Assembly (NCBI GenBank): GCA_963823655.1
Contig: CAWGMK010000010.1
Coordinates: 32,001-96,000 of the forward strand
DNA length: 64,000 bases
Origin: an uncultured Bacillota bacterium
Lineage (GTDB): Bacteria; Bacillota; DTU025; MWDF01
Reading direction: 5' to 3'
Shown here: positions 23,276 through 37,512 of the stretch, piece after piece
Layout: the number at the start of each line of letters is the position of its first letter
How positions within the stretch are numbered: the first letter of the stretch is position 1
Notes under the pieces: model-generated
The model's input: the letters and a program-made list of their open reading frames with translations, nothing else
The model's database searches: none
Told to the model about the DNA's origin: nothing
Program-made: the position numbers and the translations under genes

Positions 23276-23540
23276 CGCTGGCGGCCGGATGGGGCTGATC
23301 CATCGATCATCCCCGGCGGGTACGGGGCGGGCGGCGGGCGGCGGGCCGTCGCTGGCGGCCAGATGGGCGATCCATCGATCATCCCCGGCGGGTATGGCGT
23401 GCGGGCGGCGGGCGTCGCGCTGGCGAACCGCGCCAGATGGGCGATCAATCGATCGTCCCCGTCGGGGCCCGATAGGCAGGCGGCGGCGGCACCCTGGACG
23501 CGTAGCCGCTGTGGATGAGCGATGGATCGATCATCGGGCC
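23276..23540. repeat. Degenerate ~72-74 bp tandem repeat (3 copies plus an inverted partial copy), core GATCCATCGATCATCCCCGGCGGGTA
   Basis: Cores start at 23297, 23369 and 23443; an inverted GATGGATCGATC is at ~23521. Confidence 0.8.
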
Positions 23541-25942
23541 CGGTCAGCGTCACCCCGGCGCCCCGCGGCTGCTTCAGCGGCGACGCTGGGCCGCGTGCCG
23601 GTCCGCTTGATGACGTTGGGCGTGACGCGGCGGTCCCAGGTGGGTCGGTCGACCCAGCGCGCCATCCAGCCCTCGTCGAGGTCCTCGTGCGAGTCCTTGA
23701 GGCCCGGGAAGACGTCCGCGGCGGTGCCTTCGTCGATGTCCAGCGGCTCCTCGCCGGCCGGCAGGACCGTGACCGCGGTGACCTCCAGCGCCGACTCGCT
23801 CGCCATCGTGGCGGTGCCCCTGCCGCTGCCCGGCCCTGCGGGCGCGCGGCCCGCTCCGAGGGGCGGGCGCTGGCCGTCGCCCGTCGCGCATCGGCATGCC
23901 CCGGCGGCCGCCCGCTCGGCCGCGCTTGCAGCACGGCCACCGAGGCGTCCTCCTCGAGCACCCGCCGGCGGATGTCCTGGATCTCGTCGCGCAGCGCAGC
24001 CGCCCGCTCGAACTCGAGCTGCTTGGCGGCCGAGCGCATCTCCGCCTCCAGCTGCGAGACGAGCTTCTCCACCTGAGCCTGGCTGAGCTCCGTGAGCTCC
24101 CTCGAGTCAGCGCCCGAAGGCACCCGGCGCCTGGGCCACGGCAGCGAGGCGGTCGTTGATGTCCCGGATCTCCTTGACGATGGTCGTCGGCGTGATGCCG
24201 TGCTCGATGTTGTAGGCCTCCTGGACGGCGCGGCGACGGTTCGTCTCCTCGATGGCGACCTGCATCGACTCGGTGACGCGGTCGGCGTACATGACGACCT
24301 CGCCGCCGATGTTGCGCGCGGCACGGCCGATGACCTGGATGAGCGACCAGGCGCTGCGCAGGAAGCCCTCCTTGTCCGCGTCCAGGATGGCCACCAGCGT
24401 GACCTCCGGCAGGTCGATGCCCTCCCGCAGGAGGTTGATGCCGACCAGCACGTCGTAGACGCCCAGGCGCAGGTCGCGCAGGATCTGGACCCGCTCCAGG
24501 GTGTCCACCTCGCTGTGCAGGTAGCTGACGCGGATGCCCATCTCGTGGAGGTAGTCGGCGAGGTCCTCCGCCATGCGCTTGGTGAGCGTGGTGACGAGGA
24601 CGCGCTCGTGCCGCTCCACGCGCTCCCGGATGCGGTCGATGAGGTCGTCGATCTGGCCCTCCGTGGGCCGCACCTCGATGGTCGGGTCGACGATGCCCGT
24701 GGGCCGGATGAGCTGCTCCACGATGCGCTCCGAGCGCTGCAGCTCCCACGCCCCGGGCGTGGCGCTCATGTGCACGACCTGGCCGAGGTGCGCCTCGAAC
24801 TCCTCGAAGGTGAGCGGCCGATTGTCCAGCGCCGATGGCAGCCGGAAGCCGAACTCGACGAGGATCTCCTTGCGCGTGCGGTCGTTCTTGTACATGCCCG
24901 CCACCTGGGGGATGGTCATGTGGCTCTCGTCGACGACCAGCAGCCAGTCCGGCGGGAAGTAGTCGAGCAGCGTCCAGGGACGCGAGCCGGGCTCGCGGCG
25001 GGCGAGGTGGCGCGAGTAGTTCTCGATGCCGGAGCAGAAGCCCAGCTCGCGCATCATCTCCAGGTCGAAGGTGGTGCGCTGCCGGAGCCGCTCCGCCTCC
25101 AGGATCATGCCCTTCTGCTCGAGCTCCGCGACGCGCTCCTCCGCCTCCACCTCGATGTCCGCGATGGCCGCCACCAGCTTCTCCTGCGGGCGTGACGTAA
25201 TGGGAGGCCGGGTAGACGTTCAGCTCCGTTGCGCTCGGCGAGGACCTCGCCGGTGAGCGGGTCGACCTCCGTGACGCGCTCCACCTCGTCACCGAAGAAC
25301 TCGACCCGCGCGATGAAGTCGTCATAGGCGGGCTGCAGCTCCAGGGTGTCGCCGCGGACGCGGAACTTCGCCCGGCTGAGGGCCTGGTCGTTGCGCTGCG
25401 TACTGCAGGTCCACCAGCTGGCGCAGCACGCCGTCCCGGCGGTAGCGGCCGCCCGACGCGCAGGCGCAGGACCGTGGCGCCGTAGTCCACGGGCGCGCCG
25501 AGGCCGTAGATGCACGAGACGCTGGCCACGATGATGACGTCGCGCCGCTCGAACAGGGCCCGCGTGGCGGCGTGGCGCAGCTTGTCGATCTCCTCGTTCC
25601 GGGAGGAGTCCTTCTCGATGTAGGTGTCGCTGCGGGGCAGGTAGGCCTCCGGCTGGTAGTAGTCGAAGTAGCTGACGAAGTACTCCACGGCGTTGTCCGG
25701 GAAGAAATCGCGGAACTCGCTGTAGAGCTGGGCCGCCAGCGTCTTGTTGTGCGCCAGCACGAGCGTGGGCTTGTTGACGCTGCGCGATGACCTCCGAGAC
25801 CGTGTAGCGTCTTGCCCGTGCCGGTGGCGCCCAGGAGCACCTGGTGCTTGCGTCCGTCGCGGATGCCGGCCACGAGCTGCTCGATGGCCTGGGGCTGGTC
25901 ACCCGTGGGCTTGAAGGGCGCCACCAACTGGAAGTCGGCCAT
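23531..25942 (-). CDS. uvrB: Excinuclease ABC subunit B with extended C-terminal tail (frameshifted)
   Basis: [81 protein letters not shown]. Confidence 0.97.
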
Positions 25943-25972
25943 GCCCGCATGATAGCGCCTCAAGCCCCAAAC

Positions 25973-25986
25973 CGAACACGCGTTCA
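25973..25986. promoter_or_regulatory. LexA (SOS) box upstream of uvrB: CGAAC-ACGC-GTTCA
   Basis: Perfect GAAC-N4-GTTC core upstream of a TATCAT -10 (25949-25954, minus strand). Confidence 0.85.
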
Positions 25987-26209
25987 TGGGCGGCCGCACC
26001 CCAGGGGCTGGCAGGAAGGTGCGGTCCGCGGTGGTCTGCCTCGGCGCGGACGGGTGCGGGGTAGAAAAGAGTCCTACCGACCCGGACCCGATGGGTCCAT
26101 GGCAGGCCGACACCCATGCACGGATGCTGGCCGATGCACGGACGGGGCCGTCACGCCCAGGCGCTGACCGTCCGGTCGCTCGCGAGCCGCGCAACAGGAG
26201 CCTGCCGCC

Positions 26210-27170
26210 ATGGAGATGGAGTTCAAGGACAACAGCCGGCGACGGACGCTGGTGCTGGTGATCGGTGTGCTGCTGGCCCTTGCGGCCGGCGCTGCCGCGT
26301 TCATGCTCAGCAGCCAGGGGCAGGAGGAGCCTGAGGCAGCCTTCCCCACGCGCGAGGTCGTCGTGGCGGCAGAGGCGATCCCCGCCCGAGCCACCATCGA
26401 GAGCCTGCAGTTGGCGCTTCGCCCCGTTCCGGTCGATGACACCACGGCATCCGCCTTCACCGACCGAGACCAGGTCGTCGGGCCAGGTCGCGGCCATCCC
26501 CATCCTGCAGTTCCAGCCCATCACGCCCAACATGCTCGCCGGGGCTGCATCGGGCCAGGTGGCCATCCTCAAGGCGGACGAGACCGTGTCGCCCGACTCG
26601 CCCGTCCTGCGGGCGGTCAGCCTGACCGTCCCGGCCGACCGCGCTGTGGCCGGCCTGGTCGCCGTGGGCCAGCACGTGGACCTCATCGCCACGATCCCCA
26701 TCACGGTCGCCGGACCCGTGGACCCAGAGACCGGCGAACCGCTGACCATCGATCCCGAGACAGGCGAGCCAGTGCCCTTCGTGGAGGGCACGACCACCAA
26801 GCTCATGTGGCTCGACGTCGAGATCCTCGGCCGCGCGGAGGCATCCGACGCGTACATCGTGCGCGCGGACCTGCAGACGTCCGAGGAGATCGCGCACGCC
26901 CAGACACAGGGCGCGGAGTTCACCATGGTGCTGCGACCGGACGAGGACACGCGGGACATCGACCGCAGCACCTACGGCGAGACCACGGACACGCTCCTGA
27001 CCCGCTACAACTTCCGCGTCCCGCAGAAGATCGACGGCCTGGAGTACCCGCAGCCCCTGGCCTTCCCGAGCCCCTTCCCGAACGAACCCTACCTCTCCCC
27101 CGCGCCGGAGCCGTCGCCCAGCCCTGAGAGTGCCCTCATCGTGGCCCCCACGGAGTCGCCCGCGCCCTAG
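26210..27170 (+). CDS. cpaB: Flp pilus assembly CpaB/RcpC-like protein (SAF domain; one frameshift)
   Basis: N-terminal [12 protein letters not shown] (SAF), [28 protein letters not shown]; AGGAG ribosome-binding site. Confidence 0.75.
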
Positions 27171-27857
27171 CGGCGCTCCACCGGGCCCCACGGCAGCCCG
27201 GCGAACCTCGGCGCGAGCACATCCGCGAGTGCGTCCTCGACGCACTCGCGGATCGATTCCCGGGAGCCGGACGCGTCGATGCGCCGGTCGGCGTGGGGCG
27301 CCAGGCGCTCCGCGAGATCGGGGCCCTGCGCGGCCAGGCGTCGCTCGATGTCAGCAGCGTCCATGCCCCGGAGCGCGAGCCGCTGGCGCTGGACCCCCGC
27401 CGGGCAGTCGATGAGCCAGACCTCGTGGCAACGCGCGGCGAGACCGCTCTCGACGAGCTTGATGGCCTCGATGACGACGAAGGGGTCGCCGTCGCGGCGG
27501 CCCGCTTCGAGGCGAGCCTCGATCGCGCGCCCGGACGGCCGGGTGGACGATGGCCTCCAGGTCGCGGAGGGCCGCGGCGTCGGCGAAGACGAGCGTCGCC
27601 AGGGCCGCCCGGTCGAGCATGCCGGGCGGCTCGGAAGACGGCCTCGCCGAAGCGCGCGTGGATGGCCTCCAGGGTCGGCTGGCCGGGCGCCGTGACCTCG
27701 CGCGCGAGCGCGTCGGCGTCGATGACGACGCCACCGAGCTCGGCCAGCATGCCCGCCACGGTGGACTTGCCGCAGCCGATGGGCCCGGTGAGCCCGATGA
27801 CGACCGGCCGGTCGTCCTGGTCGCCCGTCTTCTCGATGTCCGCGACCCTCCCCTCGT

Positions 27858-27861
<4 letters not shown>
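27167..27861 (-). CDS. coaE: Dephospho-CoA kinase (frameshifted)
   Basis: [47 protein letters not shown]. Confidence 0.93.
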
Positions 27862-29939
<2,078 letters not shown>

Positions 29940-29992
29940 GTACCTAAGTGTCCCCGATTCGGCGGCGCCGACGTGGGGGCGCGTGGCCCTGG

Positions 29993-30981
29993 TCAGTCGG
30001 CCGGGTCCGGCCCTCCCAGGTCCGACCAGTTGCGGCCCCGACGTCCCACCTGCCGCGCGCTGGCCGCCAGCGCAGCGGTCGTGCCACGGCGGTCAGCCGC
30101 CGGCAGGCGCTGGCACCACGAGCAGAAGTGGGTGCCGCGCTGAGCCAGCACGAGGCGCCGGATGGGCCGCCCGCACCGATGACAGGGCAGCCCCGTGCGC
30201 TGGTAGACGTCGAGGTGCTCCTGCATCCGGCCGTCACCCTCCGGCGCGGTGTAGTCGTCGACCGACGAGCCGCGCCGCGCCACGGCCTCGCCGAGCACGC
30301 CCCGGATGGCATCGTAGAGGCGGCGCTCGTCGGCCGGCCCCAGCGTCCCCACCGAGCGCAGCGGGTGGAGGCGCGCACGCCAGAGGGCCTCGTCGGCGTA
30401 GATGTTGCCCACGCCCGCCAGGAACGACTGGTCCACGATGACCGACTTGAGCCGCCCCCGGCGGGCACGCAGGCGGGCCCGGAAGCGGCGCAGCGTGAAG
30501 GCTTCGTCCAGCGGCTCCGGCCCATGCCGAGCGAAGAGTCCGCCCACGTCCCCGGCGCCCACGACCTCGCCGTCGGGGCCGCGCCGGTAGAGCCCCACCC
30601 GGCCGAACTTGCGCACGTCGCGGAAGAGCAGCCAGCGCGGCACCATCGGTCCGGCCGCCGCCGGCCACCGGACCCGGCCCGAGCGTCAGCCGCAGGTGCA
30701 CGTGGCGGTCGTGCCGCGTGCCCTCCGGCAGCACGAAGAGCTGGCCGGTCATCTTGACCTGGATGGCCAGCACGGACCCGTCATCGAGGTCGATGACGAG
30801 CCACTTGGCGCGCCGCGTGACACCCCGGCACGCGTGCGGCCCACGAGGCCCTCGCGGAAGCTCTCGGGCGACGGGTGGCGGATGACCGGTCGCCAGTCCC
30901 ACCAGACGCCGGTGATGGTGGCCCCGACGAGAGTGGCGCGAGGTCGCGCGCCATCGTCTCGACCTCGGGCAGCTCCGGCAT
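29993..30981 (-). CDS. mutM: Formamidopyrimidine-DNA glycosylase Fpg/MutM (frameshifted)
   Basis: MPELPEVET, RRAKWL, KMTG, DVRKFG, AGVGNIYADE, C-terminal CxxC..CxxCQ zinc finger. Confidence 0.95.
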
Positions 30982-30987
30982 GCGCGG

Positions 30988-33955
30988 TCAGGCACGCTCC
31001 AGCGGGCGTCATGGACTCCCAGTCGGTGCCCACCTTGATGTCCACGTCGAGCGGCACGTCGAGCTTGAGCGCGCCCTCCATGACCTCGCGCACGATGGGC
31101 GCCAGGCCGGCCACCTCGGCGCGCGGCACCTCCAGCAGCACCTCGTCGTGGACCGAGAGCAGCATCCGCGCCGGAGACCGCTCCGCGGCCAGCCGCTCGT
31201 GGAGGCGGATGAGCGCGATCTTCATGATGTCCGCGGCCGTGCCCTGGATGGGCATGTTGATGGCCATGCGCTCCCCGGCGCTGCGCAGCTGGGCGTTGCG
31301 CGACTGCAGCTCGGGGATCGAGCGGCGCCGGCCCAGCAGCGTCTCCACGTAGCCCTGCTCGCGGGCCAGTCTCACGCATGTGCAGCATGTAGTAGGCGAT
31401 GCCGCTGTAGGCGCCGAAGTAGGACTCGATGAACTCGCGCGCCTCCTCCCGGGGGATGCCCGCCCGCGTCGCCAGCCCGTAGTCGCTCATGCCGTAGGCG
31501 AGGCCGAAGTTGACCATCTTGGCCATGGAGCGCTCGTCGGCGCGTGACGTCCGCGGGGTCCTTCTTGCAGCACGCGCGCGGCGGTCTGGCGATGGATGTC
31601 GGCGTGCTGCTCGAAGGCCTCGCGGAGGTGGGCGTCGCCCGAGACGTGGGCCAGGACGCGCAGCTCGATCTGGCTGTAGTCGGCGGCCAGCAGCACGAGG
31701 TCCTCGCCCCCGGCCACGAAGGCGCTGCGGATGCGCCGCCCGAGCTCCGTGCGGATGGGGATGTTCTGGAGGTTGGGGTCGGCCGAGGAGAGCCGCCCGG
31801 TGGCCGCCACGGCCTGCTGGAAGCGTGGTGTGCAGGCGGCCGGTGCGTCGGGTCGATGAGGAGCGGCAGGGCCTCGACGTAGGTGGAGCGGAGCTTGGTG
31901 TAGATGCGCCAGTCGAGCAGCATGCGGGATCATGGGGTGGGCCGCGCGCAGCTCCTCGAGCACCTGGGCATCGGTCGAGTAGCCGGTCTTGGTGCGCTTG
32001 CCGCGCGGCAGGTCCAGCTCGTAGAAGAGGACCTGCTCGAGCTGCTTGGGGCTGCCCAGGTTGAACTCGTGGCCGACCGATGCGTAGATGTCCTCGGCCA
32101 GGCGGTCGATGGCCTCGCGGAACGTGCCCGCCAGCGCGGCCAGGGCGGCGCGGTCGAGGGCCACGCCGGTGGCCTCCATGTCGGCCAGGACCGGGCTCCA
32201 GGGGCAGCTCCAGCTCGTCGAGGATGCGCCGCAGCGCCGGGCTCGGCCTCGAGGACGCCGACGAGCGCGCCCTGCGCGGCGCCGGCGGCGGCCGCCTCGA
32301 CGGCCGCCTGCGTCCGCGGCGTCGCAGCTCGCCCGGCCGCGGGCAGGGCGACGTCCAGCCGCTCCGCGCAGATGTCCGCCAGCGACTGGCTGCGCAGGGC
32401 CGCGTTGAGGATGTAGGCGGCCACCTGCGTGTCGAAGGCGACCGCGCGGCAGGATGCCCGCCGAGGCGCTCAGCGAGCTCGCTCGCGGTCGGGTCGCGCC
32501 GCGACAGCTCCCAGACCAGCAGCGGCTTGACCTCGTGACCGACGAGCGGCCGACCGGCGGCCATGAGCGCCGCCCCGAAGGCCGTGGCGGCCTCGCCCGA
32601 GGCGGCCACGAGGCGGCCGTCGGCGCCGGCCACGGCGAGGCCCATGAGCGTGCCGCGGCGCGGGCGCGGGTCGTCGAACACGGCGCCCACGACGAGCTCC
32701 GGCTGGGACGCCAGCCAGCCAGCCAGGTCGCCCGCGTACGGCTCGACGCTGGATGGGTCGGCCAGCAGCGCTCGCAGGCGCGCCACCGGGACTCCGCCCG
32801 CTGGGCCCGGGGCGCGTGTCGGCGCACCGCCGCGGTCGATCGGGCGACCACGGAGTCCTGGACATCCGTGGCAGGCTCCGTCTCCGGCCCATCGAAGAGG
32901 CCCGGCGAGGCAGCCCCTGGCGGCTGGCAGCGGGCGGCAGGGGCGGCCACGGCCCCGAAGTCGAGGGTCAGCTGCAGGCCGCTGCCCTCCGCCGGCGCCC
33001 GCGGCGCCGGCCGTTGCCGAGCCCGGCCGGGGACCATGGCGGCCAGCATGGGCTCGTCGGGCTCAGCATCGGCGCGACCGGCGTCGGCCGCCTGGCCCGG
33101 CAGTCGGTCGACGAGCGAGCGGAACTCGTACTCGCGGAAGAGGCGCACGACCTCCGAGCGGTCGTAGTCGCCCAGCCGGGCGCCCTCGAGGTCCAGCGCG
33201 ATGGGCGCCAGGCGGTCGATGGTCACCAGCTCGCGCCAGAGCAGCACGTCGTCGCGGTGGTCCCGGAGCTTGTCGCGCAGCTTGTCCGGCCGGACCTCGT
33301 CGAGCCGGGCGAAGATGCCCTCCAGCGAGCCGAAGTCCACGAGCAGCTTGGCGGCCGTCTTGTCGCCCACGCCCGGGATGCCCGGGATGTTGTCGGTCGA
33401 ATCGCCCTTGAGCGCCTTGAAGTCGATCATCTGGCCGGGGTCGAGGCCGTAGCGCTCGTGGATGCGGGCGGGGTCGTAGATGACGGTCGACTGGACGCCC
33501 AGGCGGGTCGTCATGAGCTTGGTCCGCTCGGTGACCAGCTGCAGCATGTCCAGGTCGCCGGAGACGATGATGGTCTCCAGGTCGCGCAGCTCGGCCTGCC
33601 GGGAGAGCGAGCCGATGAGGTCGTCCGCCTCGTAGCCGGGCAGCTCGTAGATGGGGATGCCGAAGGCCGCCAGCGTCTCGCGGACGATGGGGAACTGGTC
33701 GCGCAGGTCGTCCGGCGTGGGGCGGCGCGTGGCCTTGTAGCCCTCGTAGCGGTCGGCGCGGAACGAGCGGCCCACGTCGAAGCAGCACATGACGTGGTCC
33801 GGCTTCATGTCCGCGAAGCCGCGCAGGACGATGGACCAGAAGCCGAAGGCGGCGTTGACGAGCTGGCCCTTGCTGGTGGTCAGCGGCGTCTCGAGCAGCG
33901 CGAAATAGGCCCGGTAGATGAGGCTGTGGGCGTCGAGGAGCATGAGCCGTTCCAC
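30988..33955 (-). CDS. polA: DNA polymerase I (frameshifted)
   Basis: LLDAHSLIYRAYFA, GYEADD, GDSTDNIPG, FNLGSPKQL, TGRLSSADPNLQNIP, ADYSQIELR, AKMVNFGLAYG, NMPIQGTAADI, SVHDE. Confidence 0.97.
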
Positions 33956-34057
33956 TGCCCGCGAGTGTAGCCCTCGGCCGGGGCCCGCCCGAGGGTCCGC
34001 GCCGCCCGTGGGTGCCAACGCCCGGCGGCCCGACGGCCGGCGAGCCGTGGATCGCAG

Positions 34058-35074
34058 CTAGCGCAGCAGCGGGTCCGCCGCCCGGCGCGACAGCCAGGTG
34101 AGCAGCAGCAGGACGCCGCCGACCACGGCCAGCAGGACGCCGATGCCGAGGAGGACCGACTCGAGCGAGCGGATCCCCACGCGTCGAGCTCGGTCGAGCC
34201 TGCGGCTGCGGGCGTGGCGCCATCGGTGACGGCCTCCTCGACCGCCAGCGGCTTCGAGGCGGTGCTTCGGCAGCCCCCGCCTGTGAGGGCGCGGCCGCGC
34301 CGGCGAGTGGCTGGCTGACATCGGCCGCATCCGTGCCCGGCTCGTCGACCAGGGCCTTGGCCTGCAGGGTCTCGTCATCCTGGGTGGCAGCCAGGTCGTC
34401 CCGGGACACGTCCCTGCTGCCTCGGCTGTCAGCCGCGCCGACGCGCTCCTCGGCCGTGCGCCTCCGCGGCACTGAAGGCCTCGACCTCGGCGGCGTTGCG
34501 CTCCGAGGCGGCCAGGTCGCTCGTCTCGGACGTCGCGGCTGAGGCCAGCAGCCAGCTGGCGCATCGGCGCGGCAGCCGCGTCGTCGACCGGTGGCGGCAG
34601 ACGATGCCATCGGCGGCGCCTGCATCTGCATGGTGAGGGCCGGGCTGGCGGCTGGGTCCGCCGGGACCAGGGCCGCATCATCAGCTGGCCACACGGCGCC
34701 GGCGACCATGAAGAGGAGGCCCACCGAGAGGATGCCTGCCGCGGCCGGGCGCAGGGCGCCCGCCTGCGGCACGGAGAGGCGACGCAGGAAGCGCTGCACC
34801 GCTGAGCCGCGCAACTCGCGCCGCGTGCTCGGGGTCGATGCGGAAGTCGCGTCGTCGCGGAGGCAGCGGCTCCCAGGCCACGGCGGCGGAGATGGCCCGC
34901 AGGTCGGCCGCCAGCGAGGCGCAGGCGGCGCAGCGAGCCACGAGGTGCGCCGCCTCATGCTGCTGGTCGGCGGTCAGGGGGTCGCCCGCGGCCAGCTGCG
35001 CGATGAGCAGGGGGTCGTGCTGCCCGTGGTCGCACGGGCGGCGGCGCGGGCGTCGGGACTGGCATGTCTCTCAT
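34058..35074 (-). CDS. Putative zinc-finger anti-sigma factor (HxxxxxCxxC), membrane-anchored with Ala-rich extracytoplasmic region (frameshifted)
   Basis: HDPLLIA..HLVARCAACA..RRRDFRI, a central TM and a C-terminal TM; directly downstream of the ECF sigma. Confidence 0.65.
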
Positions 35075-35083
35075 CAGACGCCC

Positions 35084-35681
35084 CTAGCCACGGAAGAGTT
35101 CCATGGCCGGTCCGAGCCGCTCCCGCAGCGCTGACGCGGCCGCGATGGATGCGGGACTTGACGGTGCCCACGCTGACGCCCGTCAGCTCGGCGATCTCGG
35201 CGTAGTCGTAGCCCTGCACGTCGAAGAGGACGATGGCGGTGCGCTGGTCCTCGGTGATGCCGTCCATGGCCTGGGCCAGCGCGGCACGCTGCCGGGCCAG
35301 CAGCGCGACCTGCTCAGGCCCCTCCGACTCCGGGGCCGGCGGCTGCCAGGCCTCGTCCTCCCACTCCGGGTAGGGGTCCGCGGGGCGGCGCTTGCGCTTG
35401 CGCAGGATGTCCTTGGCGGCGTTGAGGGCGATGCGCGTCAGCCAGGCCCGGAAGGACGGCCCGCTGAAGCGCTCCAGGTTGCGGTAGGCGCTGAAGAACG
35501 CTTCCTGGACGGCATCCTCGGCGATGTCCCGGTCCCGCACGATGCGCAGGGTCATGCCGTAGAGATAGTCCTGGTAGAGGCCCACGAGCTGGTCGAAGGC
35601 CGCGAGCTGGCCCGCCAGAGCCTCGGCTACGAGCGCCCGGTCACGGGCATTCTCGGGCGCCCGCGTTGCATCCCCGCTCAG
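35084..35681 (-). CDS. ECF sigma-70 family RNA polymerase sigma factor (start approximate)
   Basis: AEDAVQEAFFSAYRN, FRAWLTRIALN, YAEIAELTGVSVGTVKSRIHRGR. Confidence 0.93.
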
Positions 35682-36739
35682 AGCCAGCCGCGATTCCGGA
35701 AGAAGGCCACCATGCCGACGAGGATGATGGCCATGGCCAGGACGATGACCCAGAAGGCGGTGGACGTCTGCTCACCCGGGAAGAGGACGTTCATGCCGAA
35801 GATGCTGGCCACGAGGGTCAGCGGCAGGACGATGACGCTGAAGGAGGTCAGGACCCGCAGGATGTCGTTGACGTTGTGCGAGAGGACCGACTCGTTCGTG
35901 GACTCCAGGCCCTCGATGACCTCCTTGTAGTTCTCCAGGGTGTCCCAGATGCGCTCCGAGGCGTCGATGACGTCGTCGAAGTAGACGTCCAGCTCTTCCG
36001 GCGTGGTGATGTCCATGGCTCGCTCGAGGTCGCGGAAGGCCACGCGCTGGGGGCGCACGATGCGCCGGAAGTTGATGATCTGCTGCTTGAGGTTGGAGAT
36101 GTCGCGCACGACCTCCTCGGAACGGCCCTCGAAGATGTCGTCCTCGATCTTCTCGAGCTTCTGGCCCATCTTGCGCAGCATGGGGAACGAGGCGTCCACC
36201 GCGTGGTCGACGATCTTGTAGAGCAGGAAGGCGGCGCCCTTCTCGAAGTAGCCCTCGCGGACCTCCTCGCTCTCCTGGCAGCGCGCGAAGAGGCTGTCGA
36301 TGGGCTCCAGGTCCGCGTTGGGCATGGTGATGACGTAGTCGGCGCCGACGAAGAGGTCCAGCTCGACGACGTTGAGCCGCTCGCGGTCGCGGTCGAAGCG
36401 CGGGAACTGCAGGACCACGAAGAAGTAGTCGTCGTAGCGGTCCACCTTGGGGCGCTGGTTGCGCGAGTAGATGTCCTCGTAGTCGAGCGGGTGGAACTGG
36501 AAGCGCTCCTCCAGCCAATCCTGGTCCGCCTGGCGGGGCTTGGGGATGTGGATCCAGCGGATGCCGCTGCTGGTGACGATCGACGGGTCAGCCTGGGGCT
36601 CCTCAGGCAGCGCCAGCGTGGTCCGGCCACGGCGCACGGGGCGCACGGGCAGACGGGGCGGGCGGATGACGGGCACGTCAGGCCGCTCCCGGGAGATCGC
36701 GGGAGGCGCAGCCCACGTTTCGGTCGCGGTTCCGGTCAC
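35678..36739 (-). CDS. corA: CorA-family Mg2+/Co2+ transporter
   Basis: FHPLDYED..QRPK, C-terminal two TMs with LPLTLVASIFGMN (GMN signature). Confidence 0.93.
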   Translation of the reverse strand: MTGTATETWAAPPAISRERPDVPVIRPPRLPVRPVRRGRTTLALPEEPQADPSIVTSSGIRWIHIPKPRQADQDWLEERFQFHPLDYEDIYSRNQRPKVDRYDDYFFVVLQFPRFDRDRERLNVVELDLFVGADYVITMPNADLEPIDSLFARCQESEEVREGYFEKGAAFLLYKIVDHAVDASFPMLRKMGQKLEKIEDDIFEGRSEEVVRDISNLKQQIINFRRIVRPQRVAFRDLERAMDITTPEELDVYFDDVIDASERIWDTLENYKEVIEGLESTNESVLSHNVNDILRVLTSFSVIVLPLTLVASIFGMNVLFPGEQTSTAFWVIVLAMAIILVGMVAFFRNRGWL

Positions 36740-36871
36740 TCACGACGACATCCTCCGGAGACCATCGGCAAAGCTGGCGTTTCGCGAGTCTACACCGGCC
36801 GCGGGACCGGACCGCCGCCGCTCCGCCAGCCGAAGCAGGAGCCGATCTGGAGACCTTCGGCGCCCGGGCGG

Positions 36872-37448
36872 TCAGCCCTTGGGACCGATGAACTCGTCGA
36901 GGATGGCGACGCTCCGACGGTGGGCGATGGAAACGTCATAGCGGCGGTTGGGCCGACACTCCACGCCGATCATCCCGCACACGTGGACGAAGATCCCCAT
37001 GATGTCCGCGGAGCGGTTCGTGAAGAAGTAGCGAGGGTACTCGTACCGCGTGCCGATGCGGTTCCGGACGCGGTTCGTGACCCGACAGCCGTCGGAGTGG
37101 ATAAGACCCTTGACCAGCTCCCGCGGGTACGACTCGACGAGGTCCCACTGCCAGGGTTCGAGCTCGATCCTGCGGAGGTGCTTGGGGCCCGGGCCGACCT
37201 GTGGGAAGACGCACGGCCAGTGCTTCCAGTAGCAGTTGATATCCACGCAGCCGATGCGGCTCACGACGCCGGGCTTCTTGCCGGTGACCTCGGCGATGGC
37301 CGCCTTGCAGCTGCTCGATGAGCCCCGGGTACCGGCTGTCCTGTGAGATGCGGAGCCTCCACACATCGCGGGCACCACGCGAGATGACACCATCACCCAG
37401 ATAGAGACCCAGCAGATACACATACGCACGATCGAGGCCACGAGTCAT
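36872..37448 (-). CDS. Free-standing double-LAGLIDADG-motif endonuclease-like protein (one frameshift near 37310)
   Basis: Motif 1 YVYLLGLYLGDG, motif 2 LVKGLIHSDG; also KHWPCVFPQ.GPG.KH and YPRYFFTNRS. Confidence 0.75.
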
Positions 37449-37512
37449 CGATGCAGAGCGTTGGCTCAGGTGGCACAGCCCGGCACCGGGGCCGCGACTC
37501 GGACTGATCGCT

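Noticed and set aside
23276-23540. CRISPR array
   Set aside because: Only three degenerate units, the intervening sequences resemble each other rather than being unique spacers, and there are no cas genes.
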